64,000 nt of DNA from Terracidiphilus sp. (GCA_035541975.1 DATKMH010000040.1:211940-275939), one strand, 5' to 3'. Positions 10,174 through 19,941 are shown, counted from the stretch's first letter. The notes: generated by a model from the letters alone, not told the origin. Numbers and translations are program-made.

Positions 10174-11409
10174 GTGCATGCATTTCGGTTTTTGTCCGTT
10201 GGCGTATTTGTTCTTGGATCGCTGATTGCCGGGGCACAGAACGGCCCGAAGACCCCGAAAAAACTCGTCGAACGTTCCGCGCCACCCCAGGTGGCGCTCA
10301 CGCCGGCCATGGGCTGGAATAGTTGGAATTTCTTCCATCGCAACGTGACTGACAAAGATATTCGCAATGCTGCCGACCAGCTTGTATCGAGCGGCATGAG
10401 GGACGCGGGCTACGTCTACGTGAATATCGACGACACGTGGGAGGGTGAGCGCGATGCCGACGGCGTGCTGCACTCGAATGCGAAATTCCCCGACATGAAA
10501 GCGCTCGCTGATTATGTCCATTCGAAGGGATTGAAGCTGGGCATTTATTCTTCGCCGGGACCAAAGACCTGCGCGGGCTTCGAGGGATCGCTCGATCACG
10601 AGGCACAGGACGCCCAGCTGTATGCTTCGTGGGGCGTCGACTACCTGAAGTACGACCTGTGCAGCTTTATTCCCGCAGTGATGCAGGCGCAGGCGCCGGA
10701 CGACAAGGCCGCGCAGATGCGCACGATGGTGGCTGCCTACCAGAAAATGGACAAGGCGCTGAAGGCTACCGGCCGGCCCATCGTCTACTCGCTTTGCCAG
10801 TACGGATGGGATGCGGTGTGGGAATGGGGCCCGTCGGTGGGCGCGAACCTGTGGCGGACCACGGGCGACATTCAGCCCAACTGGCAGAGCATCTACTCGA
10901 TCCTGAATGAGCAGGCCGGGCTGGCCCGCTACGCCGGACCGGGCCATTGGAACGACCCTGACATGCTGGAAGTGGGCAATGGAAAGCTTTCGTCGGCGGA
11001 GAACCGCACACACTTCTCCATGTGGGCCATGCTGGCCGCGCCGCTGCTCGCTGGAAACGACCTGCCGAACATGACGCCCGAGGTCCGCGACATTCTTACC
11101 AATCGCGACGTGATCGCCATCGATCAGGATCGGCTGGGTCGCGAAGCCACGCGCGCCTACTCCGAGGGCGAAGTCGACGTGTGGACCCGGCGACTTTCCG
11201 GCGGGGCCATTGCCATCGCTATGGTAAACGCCGGGCCAGATCGCTATTCCACGCATCCGTTTCAACTGAGCCTGGCGAAGCTGGGACTGCACGGTCCGCA
11301 AAAAGGGGTAGATCTTTGGACCGGCAAGGCAATCACTCTCAGCGACGCGATGCCGATTGAGATAGCCAGCCACGATGTGCTGCTGGTGCGGATTGCGACG
11401 CCGAAGTAG
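10174..11409 (+). CDS. GH27 alpha-galactosidase
   Basis: 'TPAMGWNSWN', 'NIDDTW', 'DYLKYD', 'WRTTGDI', 'WNDPDML'; GTG start after GGAG. Confidence 0.93.
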   Translation: MHAFRFLSVGVFVLGSLIAGAQNGPKTPKKLVERSAPPQVALTPAMGWNSWNFFHRNVTDKDIRNAADQLVSSGMRDAGYVYVNIDDTWEGERDADGVLHSNAKFPDMKALADYVHSKGLKLGIYSSPGPKTCAGFEGSLDHEAQDAQLYASWGVDYLKYDLCSFIPAVMQAQAPDDKAAQMRTMVAAYQKMDKALKATGRPIVYSLCQYGWDAVWEWGPSVGANLWRTTGDIQPNWQSIYSILNEQAGLARYAGPGHWNDPDMLEVGNGKLSSAENRTHFSMWAMLAAPLLAGNDLPNMTPEVRDILTNRDVIAIDQDRLGREATRAYSEGEVDVWTRRLSGGAIAIAMVNAGPDRYSTHPFQLSLAKLGLHGPQKGVDLWTGKAITLSDAMPIEIASHDVLLVRIATPK

Positions 11410-11705
11410 GCCGGGGCGGCAGCGACGAACCTTCCTGTCGGACAACGATGAACCGTCGTTTTCATGGGACGAATTGCCGCCGGGCCGCAATCGCGAATTT
11501 TTATTTCTACTCCCCGCCCAAACCGGGTAGAGTATTTGCACGGCTCCCTCCCGCCGATGATTGATGACGTTTCCGCCTCGTCCCATTGATGCGTGCGGCC
11601 GTCAGATAAACGATCCGAAGTTCTCCGCAAAGTCCCTCATGTTGGCGGAGTTTTAGTTTGCCGGGCCTTGAAATCTCTTCAAGCGCACCCGGACTGGGAG
11701 TTCCT

Positions 11706-13511
11706 ATGGCGACCGTAGCTCCACCGCTGATTTGTCCGCAGGGACATGGCCCCGGAGTGCCCGGCTCGCGCTTCTGCACACTCTGCGGGACGGTTCTGGT
11801 AGCGGCATCCTCGCCGGCTCAGCCTGCGTCAGCCAATCCCACGGGGGGCGCCGTGGCGGGCGGAGGGTGGCAGCCGGTAAATGCCGCACCCGCTCAACCG
11901 ACAGCTGCGCCGCAGTGGCAATCAGCACCCGCGACCGCCGTGCAGCCGCCCGCTGCCCCGCAATGGCAGCCGACTGCGGGGGCGTCCGTTCCGCCCATTC
12001 CTCCCGGTGCAATTCCATCGCCTTCGCCTGCAGCGCCCGCACCGCAAAATCAAGGGGCGCCCTGCAAAGTTTGCGGCAACACGGGCGCAGGGCTGGGAGA
12101 AGACGTCTCAGTATGCCCGGAGTGCGCGTGGCTTCGCCCGCTTTATCCCGGCTACACGCTCGATCGCTCGGTCTTTTTGTGGGCGCAGGACGGCCAGGCC
12201 ATGAACAAGCTGCAGAGTATCTCCGCTTTGCACTCGGCCGTCAAATCAGTGTCAGACAAGGTCGGTCGGCCCTGGATCGAATCTACGTTCAACGGCATTC
12301 GCCTTGGGCCCCGGCAGTTCCCCGACATCTGGATTCGCGCCGTTCTGGCCGCGCGCATTCTGGGCCTGCCCAAAATGCCCGACGTCTATATCTCCGGTGA
12401 TTCGCTCTGGAACACCTACACCTACGGCACCGACAGCAGTGCCTTCATCGTTCTCGGCACGGCCATCCTGAACAACTTCCAGAATGACGATCTGCTTTTT
12501 GTGCTGGCGCGCGAGATGGGCCACTGCCGCGCGGGCCATGCGCTTTGGAAGACCGTCACCCGCTTCCTGGTTGGCGACACGAGCACGCACGGCATCCTCT
12601 CAAACGGTGTGCTGAACGCGATCAGCCTGAGCCCTACCAAGTGGCTCCAGGACGCAGTCGACCTGCCTCTGATGGCGTGGGCGCGCCAGGCGGATATCAC
12701 CGCCGACCGTGCCGGCCTGCTCGCCATCGGCGACGAGATTGCCGCGCGCCGCGTGCTGCTGGCATGGTCAATCAAATCGGCACGCTTGCTGAAGCAGGTG
12801 AACATCGACGAATGGATGCGGCAGGAAGACGCGAGCGACGACCAGATGACGCGCTTCACTGAGATGACGACCAGCTCGTCGATGTACACCACGCGGCGCC
12901 TGCGGCTGATGGGCCAGGCGGGCCGCGAAACCGAACTGATGCGTTGGAGCGCAACGATCCAGCCTGTGCGCAAGCGGCTCTCACCGCCGCCGCAATCGGC
13001 CGTTCTGCCCGGCATGGGCCCAGCGCAAGCGGCTCACCGCCCCGCAGTGAGTCTCGGCTCCGTGATGGGTCGAGGTCCCGCACCAACTCGACCAGCACCG
13101 GCAGCAGGGCCCGCGCCGCCCGCAGATTCTGTCCGCGTGCTCTGCAACAAATGCCAGACCCCGATGCGCATTCCGCTCGCTGTTCTTCGCGGCAAGCCCT
13201 CGCTGAACGTACGCTGCCCGAAGTGCCAGAACGTTTTCACGCTGCGGCCCAAACCCGCTTCGCAAGCGCCCGCTTCTCAGGCGCCGGGTTCACAAGCGGC
13301 CGCTCAAGCCGCAGCGAGAAGCAACCCAACTCCTTCGCCGGCGTCCTCCTCCGCGCCGGCCAAACCGGTCGCCCCCCCGCCGGCTGCATTCACAAAACCA
13401 ACAGCGCCCGCCGCGGCCAAACCAGCCGCCGCTGCACCGCATCCAAGCGCGAAAGCAAAACCGGTCTCGCGGCCTCAAAGCCCTGCAAGCCCGCATAAGC
13501 AAGCCAGGTGA
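11706..13511 (+). CDS. Zinc-ribbon / M48-peptidase-like protein with degenerate active site and C-terminal MJ0042-type zinc finger
   Basis: CPQGH..FCTLCG; CKVC..CPEC; 'LLFVLAREMGH', 'ADITADRAGLL'; CNKC..CPKC. Confidence 0.8.
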   Translation: MATVAPPLICPQGHGPGVPGSRFCTLCGTVLVAASSPAQPASANPTGGAVAGGGWQPVNAAPAQPTAAPQWQSAPATAVQPPAAPQWQPTAGASVPPIPPGAIPSPSPAAPAPQNQGAPCKVCGNTGAGLGEDVSVCPECAWLRPLYPGYTLDRSVFLWAQDGQAMNKLQSISALHSAVKSVSDKVGRPWIESTFNGIRLGPRQFPDIWIRAVLAARILGLPKMPDVYISGDSLWNTYTYGTDSSAFIVLGTAILNNFQNDDLLFVLAREMGHCRAGHALWKTVTRFLVGDTSTHGILSNGVLNAISLSPTKWLQDAVDLPLMAWARQADITADRAGLLAIGDEIAARRVLLAWSIKSARLLKQVNIDEWMRQEDASDDQMTRFTEMTTSSSMYTTRRLRLMGQAGRETELMRWSATIQPVRKRLSPPPQSAVLPGMGPAQAAHRPAVSLGSVMGRGPAPTRPAPAAGPAPPADSVRVLCNKCQTPMRIPLAVLRGKPSLNVRCPKCQNVFTLRPKPASQAPASQAPGSQAAAQAAARSNPTPSPASSSAPAKPVAPPPAAFTKPTAPAAAKPAAAAPHPSAKAKPVSRPQSPASPHKQAR

Positions 13512-13538
13512 CCCCAAAAGAAACGAGAGGATTAATTT

Positions 13539-14600
13539 ATGCCAGACGATCCCAATGAAGTTGTCGTGATTGTCCCAGACGCAGCCGCTTCACCGGATGC
13601 TCCTTCCAACACCGCTCCGGAGGAGGTAGTCGAGATTTTCGAGCCCGGCACCGACACCACTGCAAGCACCGACCCCGAAGTCGTGGTGGTTGAAGAAGCG
13701 CCCGACGGCGAGACCGAAGTGTTCGTCGTCGATCCTGACGCCGTGGATACGGGCGCGGACCCGAACGCCGATCCCACTGCCGGAACTGACCCGACTGCGG
13801 GCACCGATCCCGGCGATCCGCCCGCTTCCGTCGATCCCATTTCAACCACGGGCGGCGATGGCCCGGGCGATCAGGGCCCTGATGGTTCCGTCGACCCCAC
13901 CGGCAGCTATTCCGACCCGACCGATCCGTCGATCGGATCCGCAGGCGATCCGGAGCCAATGGGTTCGGTCGACCCGATCAGCACGTCCGATCCGGGTTCA
14001 CCCGACGGCACCGATCCGACAGATCCCACAGCGTCCACTGCCGACGATCCAACGGCGGGAGGCGTTGTCGGCTCCGACGCGACTACCGCGACTGATCCCG
14101 ATTCGACCGGCTCAACTGACACATCGCAACTGGCCACCGATCAGGACACTCTGCAGCAGGAAGAGCAGCAGGAACAGCAGGACGTGCAGTCGGGCGACTA
14201 CCAGGCCGCGTACAGCGATTCGCAACAGGCCTATCAGCAATCGGAAACAGTGGCCGGCGAAGGCGGACCCGACTCGACCGACGAAACGTGGACGGCACAG
14301 CTGGACGAAAGCTGGGCTGCCTCCGATCAGCAAACTGCGCAGGAAGATCAGCAGACTGCTGAAAGTTACCTCAACGACCCGACGGGGAATCCAGACACGG
14401 ATGCGGCAGACGCGCAACTCTATGGCGACGCAGCCGCCAGCGAGGAGCAGAGCGCAGATGCCTCCGCCGAGTCGGGTGAGTACGGCGATTCCGTCGGTGA
14501 GCCGATGGACACCCCTGCCGACGAAGCACCAGCGGATGAGGCGCCTGTTGAGGATGCGCCTGTGGATGACACCCCGGTCGACGATTCGTCCGGAAGCTAG
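13539..14600 (+). CDS. Hyper-acidic D/P/T-rich hypothetical protein
   Basis: SD GAGAGG, 27 nt after upstream stop, normal codon bias, fills gap to egtD. Confidence 0.75.
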   Translation: MPDDPNEVVVIVPDAAASPDAPSNTAPEEVVEIFEPGTDTTASTDPEVVVVEEAPDGETEVFVVDPDAVDTGADPNADPTAGTDPTAGTDPGDPPASVDPISTTGGDGPGDQGPDGSVDPTGSYSDPTDPSIGSAGDPEPMGSVDPISTSDPGSPDGTDPTDPTASTADDPTAGGVVGSDATTATDPDSTGSTDTSQLATDQDTLQQEEQQEQQDVQSGDYQAAYSDSQQAYQQSETVAGEGGPDSTDETWTAQLDESWAASDQQTAQEDQQTAESYLNDPTGNPDTDAADAQLYGDAAASEEQSADASAESGEYGDSVGEPMDTPADEAPADEAPVEDAPVDDTPVDDSSGS

Positions 14601-14652
14601 GTCGCGTGCGGTTCTTCGATTGGCGCTTGGCAAGCGCGATCGGAGAGCCGCA

Positions 14653-15648
14653 TCACCTCGCGCGCCCCAGACACACGGCAAACCACCCGCGCGCGTCGGT
14701 CCACGTGGCATCGGGGCTGAAGCCGGTCCGCTCCAGCAGCGCTTCGGCCTGCCCGGGACGATACTTGTAGCTGCTTTCGGTGTGAATGCTCTCGCCGGCT
14801 GCGAAGTCCACGGTCATGTCCAGCGCTTCAAGGCGCACCTGTTGAGGAACGGCACTGACCAGGTGCATCTCCACGCGTGAATCGGCCTGGTTCCACACTG
14901 CGCGATGCGCAAATGTGTCCACGTCGAAGTCGGCATCGAGCTCGCGGTTCAGGCGCACCAGGACATTTTTGTTGAACGCAGCCGTCACGCCTTCGGCATC
15001 GTCGTATGCCGCCACCAGCATAGCTTCGTCCTTCACCAGGTCGACGCCCAGCAGCATGGAGTCGCCGCTGTCGAGCCCAGCGCGCACGCGGTGCAGCAAC
15101 TTTTCCGCTTCGGTTGGCTCAAAGTTTCCGATGCTGGAGCCGATATAGAGCACGAGGCGTTTTTCATCGGGCGTCTTGCCGGCCAAATGCAGCCTGCGCG
15201 CGTCGCCGTCGGTGTAATCCATTACGCGCGGCGCAACGGCAACCACATTCATCTCGCGCTCGATGCGTCTTTTTGCCGCCGTTAGCGCGCTCGATGAAAC
15301 GTCGATCGGCTCGTAGAGAACGGACCCCTGGCGACGCACTGCGGCGCGCAAAAGCAGTCGCGTTTTTTCGGCCGACCCCGCGCCCAGCTCGGCAATGCGC
15401 AGCACCGCCCGCTCGCCGGCGCGCGCCACAATCTCGCCGCAGTGCTGAGCAAGAATTGAGCGCTCGGTTCGCGTCAGGTAGTACTCGTCGAGCTCGGTGA
15501 TGGCCTCGAACAGGCGAGAGCCGGCGCGATCGTAAAACAGCCATGCGGGTATCCATTTAGGCCGGCAGGCCAGGCCTGTGCGGACTGCTGTGGCTACGCG
15601 TTCATCGACTTGAAGAATTGGGACAGGGGAAGCTGCGGCTGCGGTCAT
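14653..15648 (-). CDS. egtD: L-histidine N-alpha-methyltransferase
   Basis: 'FYD..GSRLFEAITELDEYYLTRTE', 'ELGAGSAEKT', 'AYDDAEGVTAAFNKN'. Confidence 0.95.
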   Translation of the reverse strand: MTAAAASPVPILQVDERVATAVRTGLACRPKWIPAWLFYDRAGSRLFEAITELDEYYLTRTERSILAQHCGEIVARAGERAVLRIAELGAGSAEKTRLLLRAAVRRQGSVLYEPIDVSSSALTAAKRRIEREMNVVAVAPRVMDYTDGDARRLHLAGKTPDEKRLVLYIGSSIGNFEPTEAEKLLHRVRAGLDSGDSMLLGVDLVKDEAMLVAAYDDAEGVTAAFNKNVLVRLNRELDADFDVDTFAHRAVWNQADSRVEMHLVSAVPQQVRLEALDMTVDFAAGESIHTESSYKYRPGQAEALLERTGFSPDATWTDARGWFAVCLGRAR

Positions 15649-15678
15649 TGGCCCTCAGTTGGATGGCGGCTGGGAGGT

Positions 15679-16980
15679 TTATGTCGCCAGCCGAATGCCG
15701 GAAAACTGCCATCTGGTTTCGGGGGAAAAGAAGTTGCGATAGGTTGCGCGGATGTGTGGGGCGGGGGTGACGCACGATCCGCCGCGCAATACCATTTGCC
15801 CGCTCATGAATTTGCCGTTGTACTCGCCCAGCGCGCCATCGAGAGGCTTGAAGCCGGGATAGCCGAGGTATGCGCTGCTCGTCCACACCCAACAATCCCC
15901 GTACCACTTCGTGGCGTCTTGGTTTTGGATGAGATTCGTGGAAGGGATCGGTGTCAGGGCTCCGGAATCGAGCAGATTTCCCTCGACTGGCTGGCCTTCG
16001 ACGGCCGACTCCCACTCGAACTCCGTAGGCAGCCGATGGCCAGCCCACCGCGCGTAGGCGTCCGCTTCGTAATAACTGACCTGGCTGACCGGAACGTCTT
16101 TCAAATCTTCGAGCGACTGTTCTCCGCGCAGCGTGAACACGCTCCATGTACCGTCAGTCTCGGTCCAGTAGAGCGGCGCCCGCCAGCCGTTCGCCTTCAC
16201 AGCATCCCATCCCGCCGAGAGCCACAGCTCCGGCTTGCGATAGCCACCGTCTGCCATGAATTCCGCATACTCGCCGCAGGTAACCAACCTGTCGGCCAGC
16301 GAAAACGGCTCCAGCCACACACGATGGCGCGGCAGCTCATTGTCGAAGCAGAAGCTGTCTCCCGCATGCCCTGCTTCTTTTAGCCCACCCTCGAACTGCC
16401 TGAACCGAAGCGGCTCCCTCGCTCCCTCTCTCCCTTGCTCTCGGTCCTTCGGCTCGCTCGCTCCCTCGCTCTCTTGCTCCCGGTACTTCGGCCTCAGCGG
16501 ATTGGTAAAGAATGCATTCAAAATGTCGGTAAGCAGCAGTTCCTGGTGCTGCTCCTCGTGGTTGGCGCCGAGCTCGATGCGGCGCAGCGCCTCCGCATCC
16601 GGCTCGCGCTCAAACAGGCGCTCGATGGCGGCATCAACATGTTCGCGATAACGCAGAATCTCATCGAGGCCGGGGCGCGAAAACGATGAGCGAAGCCGCT
16701 TTTCAGGGAATGCTGAGAAACCTTCGTAATAGCTGTTGAACAGCCACGGAAAATCCTGGTTGAAAAGCCGATAGCCGGGAAGGAACTCGCGCAGAACGAA
16801 CGACTCAAAGAACCATGCGGTGTGTGCCAGGTGCCACTTTGCGGGCGACGCCTCTGGGCACGACTGCACCATCATGTCCTCTGCCGAGAGCGGCTCGCAC
16901 AGGGCCGTTGTTCTGCGGCGCACGTTATTGAAACGGTTGAGAATCGCCGCGCCCGCGCTTGAAATTGTGCTGGTGCTCAA
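15679..16980 (-). CDS. egtB: Ergothioneine sulfoxide synthase
   Basis: DinB-like 'SPAKWHLAHT', 'HEEQHQEL', FGE-like domain 'GEYNGKFM'; probable TTG start at 16980. Confidence 0.93.
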   Translation of the reverse strand: MSTSTISSAGAAILNRFNNVRRRTTALCEPLSAEDMMVQSCPEASPAKWHLAHTAWFFESFVLREFLPGYRLFNQDFPWLFNSYYEGFSAFPEKRLRSSFSRPGLDEILRYREHVDAAIERLFEREPDAEALRRIELGANHEEQHQELLLTDILNAFFTNPLRPKYREQESEGASEPKDREQGREGAREPLRFRQFEGGLKEAGHAGDSFCFDNELPRHRVWLEPFSLADRLVTCGEYAEFMADGGYRKPELWLSAGWDAVKANGWRAPLYWTETDGTWSVFTLRGEQSLEDLKDVPVSQVSYYEADAYARWAGHRLPTEFEWESAVEGQPVEGNLLDSGALTPIPSTNLIQNQDATKWYGDCWVWTSSAYLGYPGFKPLDGALGEYNGKFMSGQMVLRGGSCVTPAPHIRATYRNFFSPETRWQFSGIRLAT

Positions 16981-17270
16981 GGTCCCCCCGCGCATCCGGT
17001 GAGTGTAAAACAGTTTGATGCCGTCCACGCGCGATTCGACGCCTTTTTGTCGAAAGTCCTTCGTCGGCACGCCATTTGCCCAGCCCCTGAACAGCCATGA
17101 GGCGCCGGCTTACGCAATCTTCGTTCACCCGTTAACGACCCGCTGGCTAGCGTCTGTTTAACCGTTAATCCTAGTAGCGGTACTGGTATTTGACTGTGAA
17201 TGGTGGTTTAATCCCTGCCAGAGATTTGTGGGAGGCTTCCAGTCCGGTTGGCGAAATGGCAGGAGAATGC

Positions 17271-18134
17271 ATGGCGCGGCTCGGTAAAACCCGGATCTTG
17301 ATCGCGGCGCTGGTTGCGCTTTATCTGGCGATCCCGCGCGGGTTGCCGGGCCAGGCACCCGCTCCGTCTCAGCCGCAAGTCGCTCCGCCTCAGCCGCAAA
17401 CCGCCCCGCCTGCGGCACAAGCTGCTCCGGCTGCAGCAATGCCCCCCACGCCTGCGCCATCTGCCACCCCGCCTGCGCCTCACCCGCCGCCAACCGCCGA
17501 GCAATTGGGCGACTCCTTCGAAGCCCGGCAGCGCTATCAGGCAGCCATTGAGGCCTACGCGAAAGCGCCCGTGATGACGGCGGCAATCTGGAACAAAATG
17601 GGCATCGCCTATCAAATGATGTTCAACTCCAGGCAGGCCGCACGTTGCTACAACGAGTCACTGCATCTCGATCCGACGGATCCTCAGGTGCTGAACAATC
17701 TGGGCACCGTGTATGCGTCGCTGAAGGAGTATGGGCAGGCGGACCGCTACTATCGCCGGGCGCTGAAGCTCGACCCAAAATCCGCCATCGTGCTCAAGAA
17801 TCTTGGCACCAACCTGCTGGCGCAACACAAATACAACAAGGGCTGGCAGGCTTACCAGCAGGCGCTCGCGATTGACCCGGATGTCTTTTCCAATCACGGG
17901 ACTCCCTCGGTGGACGATCCGTCCTCGATCCAGGCGCGGGGCGCAATGAACTACTACATGGCGGCCGGATGCGCGCGCGCCGGTTACTCCGATTGCGCGC
18001 TGCAATATCTGCGCCTTGCCCTCGACGAGGGTTTTACCACACGCAAAAAAGTGGCAAATGACGAGGAGTTCGCCAGCCTGCGCTCCAATCCAGCCTTCAA
18101 ACAGTTGATTCAAGAGGAAAAGCGCAGCCAGTAA
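17271..18134 (+). CDS. Exported TPR protein
   Basis: SD AGGAG, signal-like segment, Pro-rich linker, TPR repeats 'VLNNLGTVY', C-terminal 'EFASLR..PAF'. Confidence 0.85.
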   Translation: MARLGKTRILIAALVALYLAIPRGLPGQAPAPSQPQVAPPQPQTAPPAAQAAPAAAMPPTPAPSATPPAPHPPPTAEQLGDSFEARQRYQAAIEAYAKAPVMTAAIWNKMGIAYQMMFNSRQAARCYNESLHLDPTDPQVLNNLGTVYASLKEYGQADRYYRRALKLDPKSAIVLKNLGTNLLAQHKYNKGWQAYQQALAIDPDVFSNHGTPSVDDPSSIQARGAMNYYMAAGCARAGYSDCALQYLRLALDEGFTTRKKVANDEEFASLRSNPAFKQLIQEEKRSQ

Positions 18135-18233
18135 GCCGCCGAATTCGCGCCCGCAATGGGACGCGCCGTCGACTGTCAGCTCATATCCAGCGTCTATTTG
18201 AACGGCCGGTCTGCCGGCTTTCCGGGAGATGCA

Positions 18234-19166
18234 ATGAGTATCCGCATGTTTTCGTCATTGGTGATCGCTGCCGCATTCACCGCTGCTGCCTGCGCGCAGG
18301 AATCCAGCCCTGCGCCTGCGGGTCAAAGTCCGAGCCAGAATGATGGGCAAAGCGCGGGCCAAAGTGCACGTCAGAACGGGAATCCCGGTTCCGGCGGCGG
18401 TTATAGCCAATACGGCGGCCACCGTGGCGGGCGCGGCAGCTTTGGCGGCGGCCAGGGAATGGGCATGATGGGCCGCGGCCTGATGGGGACTGTAACCGCG
18501 GTTGCGGCGGACCACTACACCATCAAAACCGAAGCGGGCGACGTTTACACGGTTCGCTTCACCGCGGATACGCGGATGTTCAAGCGCCAAGCGAGAAGCG
18601 GCGGCCCGGGATCCAGCCAGGGACCAGGCGCCGACCAGAACGGCCAGCAGGGCGGCGGCGAACCGGGTGGCGAGGGACGCCGCGGAATGGGTTACGGTGG
18701 CGGCAATCCGCCGCAGCAGATCAGCGCAGCCGACATCAAGACCGGCGACATGATCAACGTGATGGGCGAAACCGACGCCTCAACGAAAACCGTGAACGCG
18801 CGGGCCGTGGCGCTGATGGATCAGCAGACGGTGGACCAGATTCGGGCCATGGAAGCCAACTTCGGCAAGACCTGGCTGATGGGAAAGGTGACCGCGATTG
18901 ACGGCACGAAGATCACGCTGGCGGGCGCGCTCGATAACGCTCCACACACGGTGGTTGCGGACGAGAACACCGAGTTCCGCAAGCGCCGCGATCCTATCAC
19001 GCTTGCCGACATCCAGGTGGGCGATACAGTGCGCGTGGATGGCGCGCTGAAAGACGGAGCTTTTTTGGCCGCCAACGTAAATGTTTTTGGCGGACAGGGC
19101 GGCGGAACGCCTGTCGTTCCGCGCAGCCAATCGCCACAAGTTCCGCCCAGCGCACCGCCCCAATAA
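18234..19166 (+). CDS. DUF5666-like exported protein (tandem OB-like domains)
   Basis: Two repeats 'GTVTAV...ADIKTGD' and 'GKVTAI...ADIQVGD'. Confidence 0.7.
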   Translation: MSIRMFSSLVIAAAFTAAACAQESSPAPAGQSPSQNDGQSAGQSARQNGNPGSGGGYSQYGGHRGGRGSFGGGQGMGMMGRGLMGTVTAVAADHYTIKTEAGDVYTVRFTADTRMFKRQARSGGPGSSQGPGADQNGQQGGGEPGGEGRRGMGYGGGNPPQQISAADIKTGDMINVMGETDASTKTVNARAVALMDQQTVDQIRAMEANFGKTWLMGKVTAIDGTKITLAGALDNAPHTVVADENTEFRKRRDPITLADIQVGDTVRVDGALKDGAFLAANVNVFGGQGGGTPVVPRSQSPQVPPSAPPQ

Positions 19167-19168
19167 CC

Positions 19169-19744
19169 CTATTCAATCGATTGCAGCGTCCACGCCCCGT
19201 TTGTGAGGACAAATGTGGCCGTGCGCGTTGCGCTTAGCTTGTTTCCGGGGTTGTGCGCAATATCCGCGAGCGGCTGCGGAAGTCCGTCAAGGTTTACGTC
19301 CTCAGTAAAGATCGCGGTCTTGGTATCGCCGATCGATTGAATGTCGCCTACGTCGCGCACTTTCGGATGATTCGTCGCCACGGACTGTATCACGATCACG
19401 AAATGCGTATCCGTCGGGCTATCGGGCCGCCATTTGATTACGTCGCCGCCGCCGGATAGGGTCAGCACCTTCTTCCCATCGGGTGTCAGCGTAAAGTCGC
19501 CCCAATATCCATTGGGATACCTTTTGGTTTCGGTCCAGTATTTTGCGTTGTCGCCCTGCTGCATACCGGTGTCGTTCACGGTAATGCTCACCGGCGCCGC
19601 GGGAGTCTGGTCGTATTTGGCCTGAATCATCGTCAATGCCTGGGCCTGCGTTAGATCTGGCGCCGATTTACAGCCGGCCATCCACAGCCCGGATGCTAAA
19701 GCTGCGACGACTCCCAACACCTGCAATTTCACCGTGTTTCTCAC
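19169..19744 (-). CDS. Hypothetical lipoprotein
   Basis: Lipobox 'MAGC'; GTG start after GGGGG. Confidence 0.7.
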   Translation of the reverse strand: MRNTVKLQVLGVVAALASGLWMAGCKSAPDLTQAQALTMIQAKYDQTPAAPVSITVNDTGMQQGDNAKYWTETKRYPNGYWGDFTLTPDGKKVLTLSGGGDVIKWRPDSPTDTHFVIVIQSVATNHPKVRDVGDIQSIGDTKTAIFTEDVNLDGLPQPLADIAHNPGNKLSATRTATFVLTNGAWTLQSIE

Positions 19745-19941
19745 GTTTCCCCCCAATGCCCACACGAGTGGCGCATGAATAGAACGAACATTGCGGCTCG
19801 AAATCTTTCGCCCCGCCATTTTTCATCTACTTTCCTCCGCTGTCAATGCGGTTGAAAGTGACCCGGCTCACAGGTCAAGGTGCGAGCGATGCGTTTCGGG
19901 AGCGGATCAGCGCTTTGAGCTTCTTGTGAAATGGCTTCGGA

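Noticed and set aside
11600-11700. c-di-GMP-I riboswitch (GCAAAG seen)
   Set aside because: Lacks the GGCAAA/GNRA P2 architecture
15679-16980. Selenoneine synthase SenA
   Set aside because: No senB or selenophosphate synthetase nearby; pairing with egtD fits EgtB
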